Shown: positions 13,173 to 26,560, counted from the stretch's first letter. The stretch: DNA of 64,000 bases from Octopus sinensis (GCF_006345805.1 NC_043009.1:1488001-1552000); one strand, 5' to 3'. Notes: a model not told the origin generated them from the letters alone. A program made the numbers and translations.

Positions 13173-13942
13173 AGTATATATATATATATATATATATTAT
13201 TATATATATATATATATATTATACACACACGCAACACAGATGAGCTTATTTTAGTTTCTGTCTACCAAATCTGCTCACATGGCTTTGGTTGGCTCAAATG
13301 CCAGAGTAGAAGGCCCTTGCCCAAGGTACCATTCAGTGGGAGATACAGTTACAAACACTCATTTTTTTCACTTGGGAATTCATTTCAAAGTCCACCCTCT
13401 CCTGTTTTATTGCTTAATTTTATTTCTTTGATTTTTCTTTTCATTCTTTTTTGTGTTGTCTTCTATTTAGGTCATTTACTAATACATTCTGACTGGACTT
13501 TAAACTGCCCCACCCCACTATATTGACAAGTTACCCCCCCCCCCCGTCATGTCTTAGTGTGCATGTGTGTACGTGTATACACAAGCACACTCCCACTCAC
13601 CATGTTCTCTCACTTGCATATTCATAGCACTATTTTTTAATATATATACATCTATATATACATAAGTGTATAGCTATACATACATGTGTATATACAAATA
13701 TGTGTGGTGTGCACATACACATATGTGTATATACAAATATGTGTGTGTGTGTGCACATACACATTTTCATATATTTGTGTCCACACACACACACACACAC
13801 ACACACACAACAGGTAGTATTTTATGTTACTGTTGATCAAATGTTTTATGATACAGGTATATGCTTACAAATGTATAACTTATGTGAATATATGCAACAT
13901 GCATGAACACAGCCTTCTGTTGACACACACACACACACACAC

Positions 13943-14000
<58 letters not shown>

Positions 14001-14105
14001 CCACACACACACACAAATTCATATACTCATATAATACAATTATAAATCAATATATGGGTACACATATACATACACACATCTCTTATCTATCTATCTATCT
14101 ATCTA

Positions 14106-14307
14106 ACTCTTTTACCTGGTTCAGTCATTTGACTGCGGCCATGTTGGAGCACCGCCTTTAGTTGAGCAAATTGACCCCAGGACTTATTCTTTATAAGCCT
14201 AGTACTTATTCTATTGGTCTCTTTTGCCGAACCGCTAAGTTACGGGAACGTAAACACACCAGCATTGGATGTCAAGCGATGTTGGGGGGACAAACACAGA
14301 CATACAA

Positions 14308-14364
<57 letters not shown>

Positions 14365-14535
14365 CATACATATATACGACGGGCTTCTTTCAGTTTCTGT
14401 CGACCAAATCCACTCACAAGGCTTTGGTCAGCCTGAGGCTATAGTAGAAGACACTTGCCCAAGGTACCACGCAGTGGGACTGAACCTGAAACCATGTGGT
14501 TGGTAAGCAAGCTACTTACCACACAGCCACTCCTG
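14106..14535 (-). mobile_element. SINE family A, full length
   Basis: High-identity copy with internal (CA)(TA)n. Confidence 0.9.
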
Positions 14536-16204
14536 TGTCTGTGTATGTGTGTGTTTATAAATAAATTTATGTACAAATATAGACACACAAAAATATACAT
14601 ACATATAAATACACACATATATGTACATACATTTATGCACATTAATATATACTCACACAGACACCTGTACACACAAACAAAAATACACATATATGCATTT
14701 AAATCTTTTTAACCAGACAAAACAAGTTTCTGAAAGAGGGGTGTGGCCCATAGCCAGTTACAATGATCCAGGCCAATAATAATTTAGTGGTATATTTTCC
14801 ATGCACCAGAGGCACAAAAAAGTTATAGAAGTTTATTGTTAGATAAGTTGTCAGTTAAGTTATTTCTGAAAGTTTAACTGGTATATTAATAAACTTCATC
14901 CATTGTAAAGTGTTCTGGGATTCCTCAACTCGTTATCATCGTCGTAATTTACCATCTACTTGTTCATGCTTACACGGGTCAGACAGAAATTGTTGAGGCA
15001 AATTTTCTATGGCTGGATGCCCCTTCCTATTGCCAACCCTTACCTGTTTCTAAGCAAGGAAATGTTCCCTCATAACCAGACGTTTTTTTTCTAGATGCCC
15101 TTCTTCTAGTCAAACCTCACCTGTTCCCAATTAAGGTAATATTTCTCTCTGACCAGAAAGGTTTTTTTCACATGAGACTGGAAATGAGCAACATCATTTT
15201 TATGATGGTGATGCTCATTTTTTTAGACAAGTCCCTTAACCCTTCAGGGGCCTTTGGGGTGCTGCAGCCATACAGTATATCTAGGAGCTCATCCCTCTCC
15301 AGGCTAAACACATTTCTACAGCTGAGTGGAGCAAAGTGAACTGGAGTGCTTTGCTCAAGGTCACAACAGATTGCCCAGTCCACAGATTGAAACCACAATC
15401 TTATGGTTATGAATCCAACACCCTAACCACTAAGTGACATACCTCCACTAGTGGTGCTCATTTCTACAGCTGAGTGGACTGGAGCAACATGAAATGAAGT
15501 GTCTTGCTCAAGAATACAATGCATCACCCAGTCCAAGATTTGAAACTACAATCTTACAATCATGAGTCAAACTCCCTAACCACTAAGCCATGCACCTCCA
15601 TAATACTCGTTTTCAATCATCACATGAAGTCAAGACTTGTGTACACCAGGTGTGGGCAACCCTTTTTGAGAAGTGGGCCACATAAGACATGGCTCATCAT
15701 CAGACAAACCACACTACTAAAAAGAAAAAAAATTCAAGGTAATTTTACATTCAGAAAGGTCCATGGTCTGCAGTTTCCTAAGACTGGAATACAAAAATAC
15801 TCATCTACACATGCAATGGCCTCGAACCCATCAGGTCCAGTCAAACTATCCAACTCATTCCAGCATGGAACATAGACATTAGATGATGATGATAATGATG
15901 TTGGTGATGCCTTAAGCAGAAAAATTAATTTATAATCCTTGTGGTAGCATCTTCAATTTTCTTACAATCTCTACTTTAGGAAAAGAAAAAAAAATGTGAA
16001 TTTAGATTAATAACAATGTCATTTTTAGATTCTTGATTTCTAATTCTGCAACCAGATTTAGGATAGCTTCCATGTCCTAATTCCACTCAGGTTTTAGAAA
16101 TCCTGGTTTTGCATTATATTTCCTCTCCTCTTCTTCCATCTTTTTATGTATTTTTCCCCTGCTAGCTATAACATATAGAAGTGTAGTGACACTACTGTGC
16201 AAGT

Positions 16205-16280
16205 TTCAGTACGCATGCGCTGAGTTGGATTGCTTCCGGTAGGCCGCCGGAAGTTCCCTCATGCGCATGCGCAGGAACTG
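16205..16280. promoter_or_regulatory. CpG-rich promoter-like island: NRF1-ETS-ETS-NRF1
   Basis: ACGCATGCGC 16211-16220, CTTCCGGT 16233-16240, CCGGAAGT 16247-16254, TGCGCATGCGCA 16262-16273. Unique, CpG-rich sequence in a CpG-poor background. Confidence 0.6.
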
Positions 16281-17004
16281 CAACCTGAAAGCGTCTCCGC
16301 TAAAGCTGCCTTTTTGGGAGAGCAGCCCTAACGAACGGACATGACTAAAACTTCTCTCAGGGAAAACCCTACGCATAGAGAAGCTCTCTTCGAAGCGGGA
16401 ACGGAGACCGTATCCTCTTGCCTCACCCAAGTGAACATTCGTAAACAGTCCTGTAGACTTGGCTGCCGGTTCGCCCTTAAGAAATATATATGTATATATT
16501 TTACCTGTGAACCCGAAGAATAAAGTGTTATTTATTGTTTTCGAAGACAGCCGGATTTTTGGTTCCTTTCTTTCGACTATTGTATGTGACAAGACCAGAA
16601 ACCCCTCAAGTGTTCCTGAAACTCCCATCTTGTTACAGAAGCATTGCGTTCTGCAGCTGGATGCTTTTCCTGATAGTAACACACTTTTACTTGTTATTCA
16701 AGTTAAAGAGTTTTCATTCAACTTCTCTTGAAAAGCACAGAGCCACCAAATGATTTATTGACAGGAAAACTGTCAACAATGACACCAAAGTTGGAGAGAG
16801 AAAAAGAATAATAAAACCACACATCTACACACTCCTGTTAGTTGTGGTTGTTCAGGAATTCAAATTAATCATTTGAAGCTAAAGGAAGATACATTGAAAT
16901 AAACCTTTCAACTATGGCAGAATGCAGTGGAGTAGGAATTGGTTTCTACTTATCAAATAATTTGCAAAATCTCTCTACTGAGGTCATAACCTCAAAATAT
17001 TTTA

Positions 17005-17145
17005 ACAGTAGATAAGCGTCTCTCTTTCATGATAGATCGTTAGTAGAAGAGCATAGGCTCGAAATGTAAAAGACTTTTTCTATTCCTGAGCGCTATACTA
17101 GTACACCACCTGCCTTCATCTTTTGTTTTTTTCGTAAACTCTCCT
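17005..17145 (+). repeat. second copy of the 12.8-kb hammerhead-bearing repeat, internally deleted
   Basis: CATGATAGATCG.TAG...GAAGAGCATAGGCTCGAAATGTAAAAGACTTTTTC..TTCC.GAGCG.TATACTA...TACACCACCTG shared with the reverse complement of 12730-12900. Confidence 0.6.
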
Positions 17146-17326
17146 ATATATAGACCTACTGTTAAAATAGTCCAGCAAGTCTGAGGGTCTGAAGATACAC
17201 CATAAAGGTACCCTTAATGGTGAGAAATCCAGGATAACCCTAAAGACCAGCCTTCACCAGTAATTAATAATATAGACTGCTCTACTTCTTGGACTGTGCT
17301 TCTTGTCCGGATTTATGTTTTTCTAA

Positions 17327-17386
<60 letters not shown>

Positions 17387-18280
17387 ATCAAAACAGTTTG
17401 ATTCAAATTCATTGGTACTCTGAGAGTTTCAAGTGTGATGCTAATCTCCAGCCTGAAATTCGTTGGTATTAGCAGTTGTAACCACAAATTACTTTCTTGT
17501 GTGATTAAGATAAACCATTTTTCTTTTTTTTTAAATTCAATAATTCATAAAGCAAACCAGCAAAATTATTAGAAATCAGAAAAATTCCTTACTATATTCG
17601 TTCTGGATTTTTATGATTTCATATGCTACCAATATTAAATTTGCCTTTTGTTCCTCCAACGCCGAGAAAATAGAGTACCTGTCAAATACTGGGGGTCAAT
17701 AGAACCATATGCAGGTGGCATGAAAAAAAAAAGCATCCAGTACACATTATAAAATGGTTAGCATTAAGAAGGGCATTCAACCATAGAAATTATACTGAAG
17801 CAGGCCTCGGAGCACAATGAAGTCCTTAGACGCATCAGATCCTGTCAAACTATCCAAGCCATCCCAGCACGTAACATGGACATTAAATGATGATGATGCC
17901 TGAAGCAGGGACAAATCAGTTTGTGGCAGTGTCTTGGATTTTCTTACAATCTCTACATTAGGAAAAGGAAAAAAACAAAAAAAACATGAATTTATCTTAA
18001 TAACAACGTCATTTTTTGAATCTTGATTTCTCATTCTTTAACTAGAATCTGTTTTGTCTTCAGTTATAAACAACATGGTGTGTTTTATTTTATGCAAGGA
18101 CAACCTCATGCCTCACAGAATCAGAACAGCAACACCTTGACATTTCGCTTGCTGAATGAAGAGGGTTGTCTGGGGGTAGGAGACGATGACAGAGCTGTAT
18201 TATGGCCTTGGTGTAAGCTGTTAGACAGCTGTCAGGTTTCTGTCAAACCATGGAGAATTGAATGTTTCACTCTTATTCAA

Positions 18281-18318
<38 letters not shown>

Positions 18319-18789
18319 TGTCTCATCATCATTGTTTAACATCCATTTTCCATGCTGGCATGGGTTGGACAGCTTGACATGGTGCTGGTCAGCTGGGAGC
18401 AGTCCACACTCCAACTGTCCATTGCAGCATGGCTTCTATGGCTGGAAGCCTTTCCTAATGTCAGCCCCACTTAACGGAGTGCACTGGGTGCATTTTACAT
18501 GCCACCAACCCGTGGGTGTTTACACAGCACCAGGACAGGTGCTTTTTAAGTGGAACTGGCACTTGACAGGACAAACCTGTGCATGTGGCAGATAGGGATT
18601 CTATTTAGCTTACTCCGTCTTATCAAGTACAGCAAATTGCCATCACAACCAGGTGGTTTTTGAGATCAGCCCCAGTGTGTGACACATTAAGGCTAGTGAC
18701 TTTTACTATAGTCCCAGGGTGCCCAAGGTCTTGTTAGCGAATTTAATAGCTGGAAACTGTGTGGAAGCCAGTCATGTATTCTTTCATTC

Positions 18790-19420
18790 TGTTACTTGTT
18801 TCAGTCATTTGAGTGTGGCTATGCTGGAGCACCACCTTTAGTTGAGCAAATCAACCCCCAGGACTTATTCTTTGTAAACCTAGTACTTATTCTATCGGCC
18901 TCTTTTGCCAAACTGTTATGTTATGGGGACATAAGCACACCAACATTGGTTGTCAAGCGATGGTTGAGGGGGGTGGGGTTAAACACAGACAGACAAATAC
19001 ATACATATATATATATAGCCATACGACAGGCTCTTTCAGTTTCCATCTATCAAATCCACTCACAAGGCTTTGGCTGACTGAAGTTGTAGTAGAAGACACT
19101 TGCCCAAGGTGCCACGCAGTGGGACTGAACCCAGAACTGTTGGGAAGCAAGCTTCTTACCACACAGCCACTGCTGCACCTGTATGTGTATATGTCATCAT
19201 CTAATTCTTTTACTCTTTTGCTTGTTTCAGTCATTTGACCATGGCCATGCTGGAGCATCACCTTAAAGGGGTTTTTTTTAAGTCAAAGAAATTGACCCCA
19301 GGGCTTATTCTTTGTAAGCCTAGTACTTATTCTATCAGTCTCTTTTGTTGAACCATTAGGTTACGGGGGACATAAACACACCAACATTGGTTGTCAAGTG
19401 ATGGTGGTAGTACAAACACA
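18790..19420 (-). mobile_element. two adjacent SINE family A copies
   Basis: One near-full copy (18790-19180) and one 3' half (19205-19420). Confidence 0.8.
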
Positions 19421-21385
19421 GAAAGAAAGACACACACACAAATATATAGCTAATATAATAAATGTGAATGTCAGTGTGTCACACTTTACCCCTACAGGTC
19501 GTAGCCCAGCATATCATACCATTTTGGAATCAGGATGACTCCATGAGTAAATTAAAAACATTCCAGACTGAATCCAAACCTGCAATCTTGAAGTTTTGGA
19601 TTCCTATGTTTTCATTACTTCGACTGTTTTCAGCGATTTTTTTACTTGATTTTTTGTGAGGAATACGATCATGATTGGAATATGACTCTGAAATAAAGTG
19701 TCTTTGTGTCTTTCAATTACTTTAAATATAACAAAGAATTTAGTAAAATAACATAATTATCATTAAGCTAGTTTTGGGAACATAAATTGTGATTAAGGTT
19801 CGGTGGAAGATTTTAATTTAAAACTTATGAAAACAAAACATTTATACTCAGAGCTAGTTTCAGCTGGGTTGGTTAATGAAAGGGTTAAACAGCTATTACA
19901 TTGACAACTGTCTCGAAAAGGAATGACTGTACTGAGTGATTAGGGAAGGGCCTCAGTGTCTGATACAATAGAAGAAAGGAATGGATTACAAATACTTGAA
20001 TACAGGTAACATGAACCCAGCCATATTTAAGGAGTGAAGGTTAATATAGAAAAAGTAGAAAAGGCAAAGAGAGGAGACGGTGTGTCTGTGGGCCAGAGCT
20101 GGAGTATGTCTGCAAGTGACTTGGTGCCAGTCTGGTGAGTAGCCTTTTCTAGATGAAATCCAAGACATCTGTGTGTGCAGCAGTAGCACTGTCTTGAATG
20201 TAGGAGCAATACACTATCCACAATGGATTGCGGGCCTCATCTCTGCTTTCTAAGGTCTTGGGAGCTGAAGGATCTTCTGGCTCTGACAAAAAGGGATAAT
20301 TGTTGGCTTGTGGTTTTAATTATGTTAAAGTTGCGTTTTTACCAGGAGAGATCCTCAATGATAGCAAGGCCTAATAGGTGAGAAAGGAATATTATAGGGT
20401 TGGTGTTCTGAAGAATGGACTGGTGAGTATCAGAGATTACTTTGTGTGTGTGTCGGGGGGGGGGGGGGCTTTATAGGAAAGACATAGTAGAGGATGATGA
20501 GAGGTGAAGAGAATAGTAGTGGGTTGGGTAGACTTGGGTGTAACTTGCTTGCTACTGGATAATTCAGGGTAGAAGAGGCCTTTGAAATAGCAGGTGGGCA
20601 ACGGGACCTGCTTTACAGAGACTATCTCAATCTTTCATCTCATCTATGTCCCTCCCCCTCTTCTGACAAAAAGTTCACCTAACTATTTCTTCTCATTTGT
20701 TTCTACTTTATTTTTCTTCTGCTCTGGATATATTCCCGTCTCAGTAAATAACAGTTTTTCCTCCATCACACAAGAATGAGATGAACCCAACACTTCATCT
20801 TGTAAATGACCAAAGCCTGAGAAACTCTTAGCAGTTGAGGAAATTCATCATCATTTAAAGTCCTCTTTCTATGCTGGGCATGGGTTGGACGGTTTGGCAG
20901 GGGTTGGCTTGGCAGAACACTGCACCAGGCTTCAGTGTATGTTTTGACATGGATTTTACAGCTGGATGACACTCCCCGATAAAAAACCACTCCATTTATA
21001 CTGGCAATGAGAGTTATTCAAATAATCAAATTGGCAAAAACAATGAGAAAAGTAGTGAATCAGGTGCACAACAAATATAGTATTTGAGAGAGGATAGGCC
21101 TATTATTGCTATTCTCCTAAATTTTTTTGTGACTGTCCATTAGTCTACCTGCAATGAACAAATGTGGTAGTTTAGGGAGAGGCCTATTATTGTTATTTTT
21201 TGTGATTCTGCAATCGTTACTATTGAGCTGCGTATGCAACTATTGATTGTTTTTGCTCAGGGGCCCAGATGGAAGGTGAAGTTAGACACAGAGGCCTAGG
21301 CCTGAGAGGGTTACCACACCACCGTAATGATGTTCTATGGTGCTTTTTACTCTCCTTCCTTCATTGAATAATATCTTTAAATACC

Positions 21386-21619
21386 TATTTCTTTATTACC
21401 CACAAGGGGCTAAACATAGAGAGGACAGACATGGACAGACATAGGTATTAAGTCGATTATATCGACCCCAGTGCGTAACTGGTACTTAATTTATCGACCC
21501 CGAAAGGATGAAAGGCAAAGTCGACCTCGGTGGAACTTGAACTCGGAACGTAAAGACAGACGAAATACCGTTACGCATTTCGCCCGGCGTGCTAACGTTT
21601 CTACCAGCTCGCCGCCTTA
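21386..21619 (-). mobile_element. SINE family B, intact young copy with 16-bp TSD
   Basis: Flanked by a perfect direct repeat AATATCTTTAAATACC (21370-21385 and 21620-21635). tRNA-like head (A-box TGGTAGAAACGTTAG, B-box GAGTTCAAGTTCC on the minus strand). Confidence 0.9.
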
Positions 21620-21705
21620 AATATCTTTAAATACCCAGAAGCTACCATATCTCCCTGGTGCTCTCTGGTAATTTTTTATTCTCCTACCTTCACCAAATAA
21701 TATCT

Positions 21706-21933
21706 TTAACCCTTTCATATTTAGATTATTCAACCAAATGCAATACTTTTTTTGTTCAAATTACTTTTAATTAATCATGTATTATTTTGTAGCTTTGAAA
21801 TTTTGTTGATGTGATTGAATATTTCATAATGCCACTGGAGGGTAGGTGTAACAGTCTGGACCTGGTGGGTTAGAATATAAAACAGCAAACACATTTGGGC
21901 AGGACACAGCTGGTTGAAATGCTAAAGGGTTAA
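21706..21933. mobile_element. MITE, same family as 8568-8754
   Basis: TTAACCCTTT...AAAGGGTTAA termini and shared internal sequence. Confidence 0.65.
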
Positions 21934-22109
21934 TACTCAAAATCTATCACAGCACCCTGGTGTTTTGTGATGCTGTACTCTCTTAACTGTATTGAGTGCA
22001 CCATATATCTCTTGCTTGTTTGGAAATCAAATGTGGCATCTCTCTGAGACAAGAGTAGAGTTCTGTATATTTTCTTGGTCACCTAAAGACTTTGCTTTTT
22101 GTTTCTTTT

Positions 22110-22250
22110 GCTTTCGGTTCAAATTCCAACGCTTGGAGCTTCCTTACTAATTCTCTGAGCGATTCAGTTATGAGAATTAGAACGATGGCATGCAGGAGTT
22201 CCCACGGTCTTGAACTCCTTTGTTATGGCCTCAAAAAGAAATTATAAAGA
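22110..22250 (-). mobile_element. degraded RTEX-like reverse transcriptase fragment
   Basis: Frameshifted EAITKEFKT..(P)WELLHA...LILITESLRELVRKLQA resembles the RTE/RTEX region around the YADD motif. Confidence 0.5.
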
Positions 22251-22571
22251 AATAAGTAGTGGGAGGGAGCCGTGACAATAGAGATTTTCTATGTGTACAC
22301 ACACACACACACACACACACGTATATGTATCTATCATATATATATGTGTGTTTACCTATAAGTAACAAAGATTTTCTACTGAAAAGATTTGATTGTTGAA
22401 GTAAAATTTACTTGAAGCATTCAAGCATATAATAAAAGTTGCCAGACAACCAGAACTCAATGACAATTTACGATGATGATTCTACGGGTTATAGTCCAGT
22501 GCATACAGGGTGCAGGCATAATTATAACTATGTGGTTAACATATTTCCTCACACATACACACACACACACA

Positions 22572-22611
<40 letters not shown>

Positions 22612-23132
22612 TACGATGAGCTTCTTTCAGTTTCCGTCTACCAAATCCACTCACAAGGCTTTGGTCAGCCCAAGGCTCCAATAGAAGACACTTGCCCAAG
22701 GTGCAACGCAATGGGACTGAACTCAGAACCATGTGGTTGGTAAGCAAGACTCTTGCCACACAGCCATAGGTGAATATAAATTAACTATTGCTATAGCTAC
22801 AGGCTATAATTTTTACATAGCAATGACAATGGCAGAAGGTACTCAGAGACACTGGTTCTTAAGTGGCATGAAAATAAATCACATGTGCATAGCCTGCTTA
22901 CATAGCTGAAAATGGTGGTTTGAAAAGTAAAAGCTTAAACAGAGCAATTTCTGTAAGGCAGAGCATGAATTAATACATTGAGTAGAGTAAAATTAATTAT
23001 CGTTATCAAGGTTGACTACTTTTCCATTACATCAAGTTTTCCAATTGAGAGGCATTCATTAAATTGCACAGGGACATGGTTTTGTGTGTGTGTGTATATA
23101 TATATATATATACTATATATATATATATATAT

Positions 23133-23308
23133 AGGTGTAGGAGTGGCTGTGTGGTAAGTAGCTTGCTTACGAACCACATGGTTCCGGGTTCAGTCCCACT
23201 GCGTGGAAACTTGGGCAAGTGTCTTCTACTATAGCCTCAGGCAGACCAAAGTCTTCTGAGTGGATTTGGTAAGCGGAAACTGAAAGAAGCCTGTCATATA
23301 TGTATGTA

Positions 23309-23340
<32 letters not shown>

Positions 23341-23526
23341 ATACATTTGTGTGTCTTTGTTTGTCCACCCAACATCGCTTGACAACCGATGCTGGTGTGT
23401 TTACATCCCTGTAACTTAGCGGTTCGGCAAAACAGACTGACAGAATAAGTCGTATTGCTCGACTAAAGGTGATGCTCCAGCATGGCCACAGTCAAATGAC
23501 TGAAACAAGTAAAAGAGTAAAGAGTA
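23133..23526 (+). mobile_element. SINE family A, full-length reference copy
   Basis: tRNA head, CCTTGGGCAAG-type core, internal (TG)n, 3' half ending (GAGTAAA)n. It may be one of the described octopus SINEs (OK/OR1/OR2 class); not verified. Confidence 0.9.
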
Positions 23527-23592
23527 ATATATGCATACATGTGTGTATATTATATATGCACACATTTGTATATATATATGTGTGTGTGTGTG

Positions 23593-23625
<33 letters not shown>

Positions 23626-24072
23626 TATATATACACACACACACATGTATAGATGCATGCATATGTGTGTGTACGTACATACACACAAACATACATGCAT
23701 ATATGTATGTGTGTATTTAGTCATAACATGCAGTGAGGCTTAACCTTCAGACGAGAAGATGAGAAAAGGCCAGTTAATCAGAACAGAATTCCCACCCAGA
23801 ATTCCAAGTTGGAGCAGCGTACTCAGACTGCACTGAGCCATCAGACCAGCCTAGTAAGCTTCACCCAACAGCTTTGACACCAAGTTAAATATACAACATG
23901 ACAATATGAGAGAATTGCACCACTTGATTCTAGGGTATTTAGTCATACTGGTACAATGTAAAATATGATAGTTCAACAGGCAGAACACACACACACACAT
24001 ATATAGAGTGTATGTGTGTGTGTGTGTGTGTATTTAATTATATATATATTATCTGAGACTCTATGACTCTTT

Positions 24073-24119
<47 letters not shown>

Positions 24120-24381
24120 AATAAATTAATAAGGATAAGATCGTTAATTTAATATCGATCTTATCAAGTGGCCAGCATAGGAATAAAAACCTTCAAAGGT
24201 AATAATTATAATTTAGGGTGTCTCTTAGATACCCTAAATTATAATTTTATATATATATATATATATTTACAGCCAAGTGCAGGATTACATAAGCTGGCTG
24301 TTATCTAAAATCCCATTGAAACCCCTGTATATGTATGCGTCTGTGTGTGTGTATATATATACACACACACACACATACATA

Positions 24382-24621
24382 CAAGGTGGTCACTAGAAAA
24401 GCGGAAAATTCATGAAATGCTGCTTTATATTTTCACAAGATTTATTTGCGGCACACAATTAGCGTCAGAAAGCGTGACATCATTTTAACTCTGACAAATG
24501 GTCAAAATGTTTGTGAACAGAAACAGCGAATGAAAAACCACCGATCACACAGTCGTTATTGATCAAATTAATGTTCGTTAGTTTTGCCTTCACATTTCCC
24601 ATTTTTCTAGCAACCACCCTG
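24382..24621. mobile_element. Tc1/mariner-type MITE with TA target duplication
   Basis: TA|CAAGGTGGTCACTAGAAAAGCGGAAA ... TTTCCCATTTTTCTAGCAACCACCCTG|TA; imperfect TIRs of about 26 bp. Confidence 0.75.
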
Positions 24622-24936
24622 TATATATCCTCATCATTGTCCAAGCTGGCACGGGTTGGATGGTCTGACGGGAGCTGGCCAGGTAGGAGCCTGCACCAGA
24701 CTTCTGTGTCTGTCTTGGCAGGGTTTTTATGGCTGGATGCCCTTCCTAACACCAACCTCCTAGCAGAGTGGGCTATATATATATTCTTTTACTCTTTTAC
24801 TTGTTTCAGTCATTTTGACTGTGGCCATGCTAGAGCACTGCCTTGAAGGGTTTTAGTCAAAGAAACCGACCCCATGACTTATTTTTTTTACATTATTTAC
24901 ATTTGATGGATATTTGTCTTCATCTTGTTTGTTGTT

Positions 24937-24982
24937 AACACAATGTTTCAGCTGATATACCCTCCAGCCTTCATCAGGTGTC
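24937..24982 (-). ncRNA. minimal type-I hammerhead ribozyme motif (G16.2-to-A variant)
   Basis: GACAC-CTGATGA-A-GGCTG(gagggtatat)CAGCT-GAAAC-ATT-GTGTT: stem I GACAC/GUGUU, stem II GGCUG/CAGCU. Confidence 0.6.
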
Positions 24983-25165
24983 TTGGGGAAATTTCGAACC
25001 TGGGTTCTCATTCCAAAGGTATTTTTCAATGTTTTTATTATTATTATTATTATTATCATTATTATTATTCATGTCACTACCTGGAATCAAACTTGGAATC
25101 TTGGGGTTAGTAGCCCGCATTCTTCATCACTATGCCATATTTCTGTAGGTTCGAAATTTCCTCAA

Positions 25166-25208
25166 GACATCTGATGAAGGCTGGAGGGTATATCAGCCAA
25201 AACGTGTT
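25166..25208 (+). ncRNA. inverted partner hammerhead motif (G12-to-A, likely inactive)
   Basis: GACAT-CTGATGA-A-GGCTG...CAGCC-AAAAC-GTGTT. Confidence 0.5.
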
Positions 25209-26209
25209 AACAAAATGTAAATAATGTACATAGTTCCTCATCTCTTAAATATAGAACTGTATTATTTCTTTTTGCCTGGTACTTACTATATCAGTTTCTT
25301 TTGCTGGACTGCTAAGTTACAATGATGTAAACACATCAACACCAGTCATCAAGCAATGGTGGGGAGGGGGACAAACACAGGCACAAAGACACACAACACA
25401 CACACAGATATATATCTATATCTATGTGTATATATATATATATATTATATATATATATATACACACACACACTGGGCCTTCTTTCAGTTTCTGTCTACCA
25501 TATCCTCTCACAAGGCTTTGGTTGGTCCAAGGCTATAGTAGAAGCACTTGCCCAAGGTGCCATTCAGTGGGGCTGAACTTGGAACCATGTGGTTGGGAAG
25601 CAAGCTTCTTACCACACAGCCATGTCTAAATATATCCTCTGCTGAGTGGTTGGTGTTTGGGAGGGCATCCAGCTGTAAAAGTCCTGCCAAAACAGTCACA
25701 AGAAGTCTGGCGCAGGCTTCTGCCTGGCTGGCTCCTGCCAAACTGTCCCACCCATGCCAGCATGGAAGGCTGACGTTGAATGATGACCCGTGCTTGTCCT
25801 ATCTTACCTTAGTCTTTCAACATCTACCAGAACGCCACATTCCCCTCTCAAATCGTCCCCATTTTACTGTGCAAGCTTTTTCCTTTCCGGCTTCCCCATC
25901 TTTCCTGTCTTGCAAGTTACTTGGTAACCTAGTGCTGGTGGCATGAAAAAAGCATCCAGTACACACTGTGTAGTGGTTTTCATTAGGAAGGAAGGGCATC
26001 ATCATCATCATCATTATCATTTAACGTCCGTTTTCCATCCGGGCATGGGTTGGACATGATTATTCTTTCCAGTCATAGAAGTTGTGCCAAAGTAATCAGT
26101 GGAGCCATGCAGCTTGCTGGATCGTGTTAAGCTGTCTAACCCATGCCAGCAGGGAAAAAATGGACGTTAAAATTATGATCACACACACATTACTTGAGAC
26201 TGCATATAT

Positions 26210-26244
<35 letters not shown>

Positions 26245-26560
26245 GTGGATTCTCCTGTTGTAGATGACAAATGAGGGTTCAGCAATTTCTTAACGAGTAA
26301 CCTGCAAAGATGATTTCTGTATTTTGATCAAATCTTTGAGCTGTTCCTAAGCTTACTCCCTCCATCAAATTAATATTTTTCTCTACAGGTGCATGGGAGG
26401 TCACATATCAGATGTTGGAGTGATCGCAGAGCAATGTGAGGTTAAACTTAGGAATACAATGTATTATCTGGTCTGAGAATTGAAACCACAACTGCATGAT
26501 CATGAGTGCAACACCCTAACCAATAGACCACACATCCTCTTACACACACACAAACAAACA

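Noticed and set aside
16326-16332. CCCTAAC downstream of the promoter island as a telomerase RNA template
   Set aside because: It is only one repeat plus 1 nt, shorter than functional templates I know of, and I see no U-rich pseudoknot or H/ACA domain downstream.
16340-16470. Loose similarity to U3 snoRNA 5' end or RNase MRP CR-I
   Set aside because: It lacks the U3 GGAUCA box and boxes B/C/D, and has no P4 partner strand for MRP.
19990-22100. Patches of complex sequence that might be one decayed retroelement
   Set aside because: No diagnostic motif could be read apart from the short RTEX fragment at 22110-22250.
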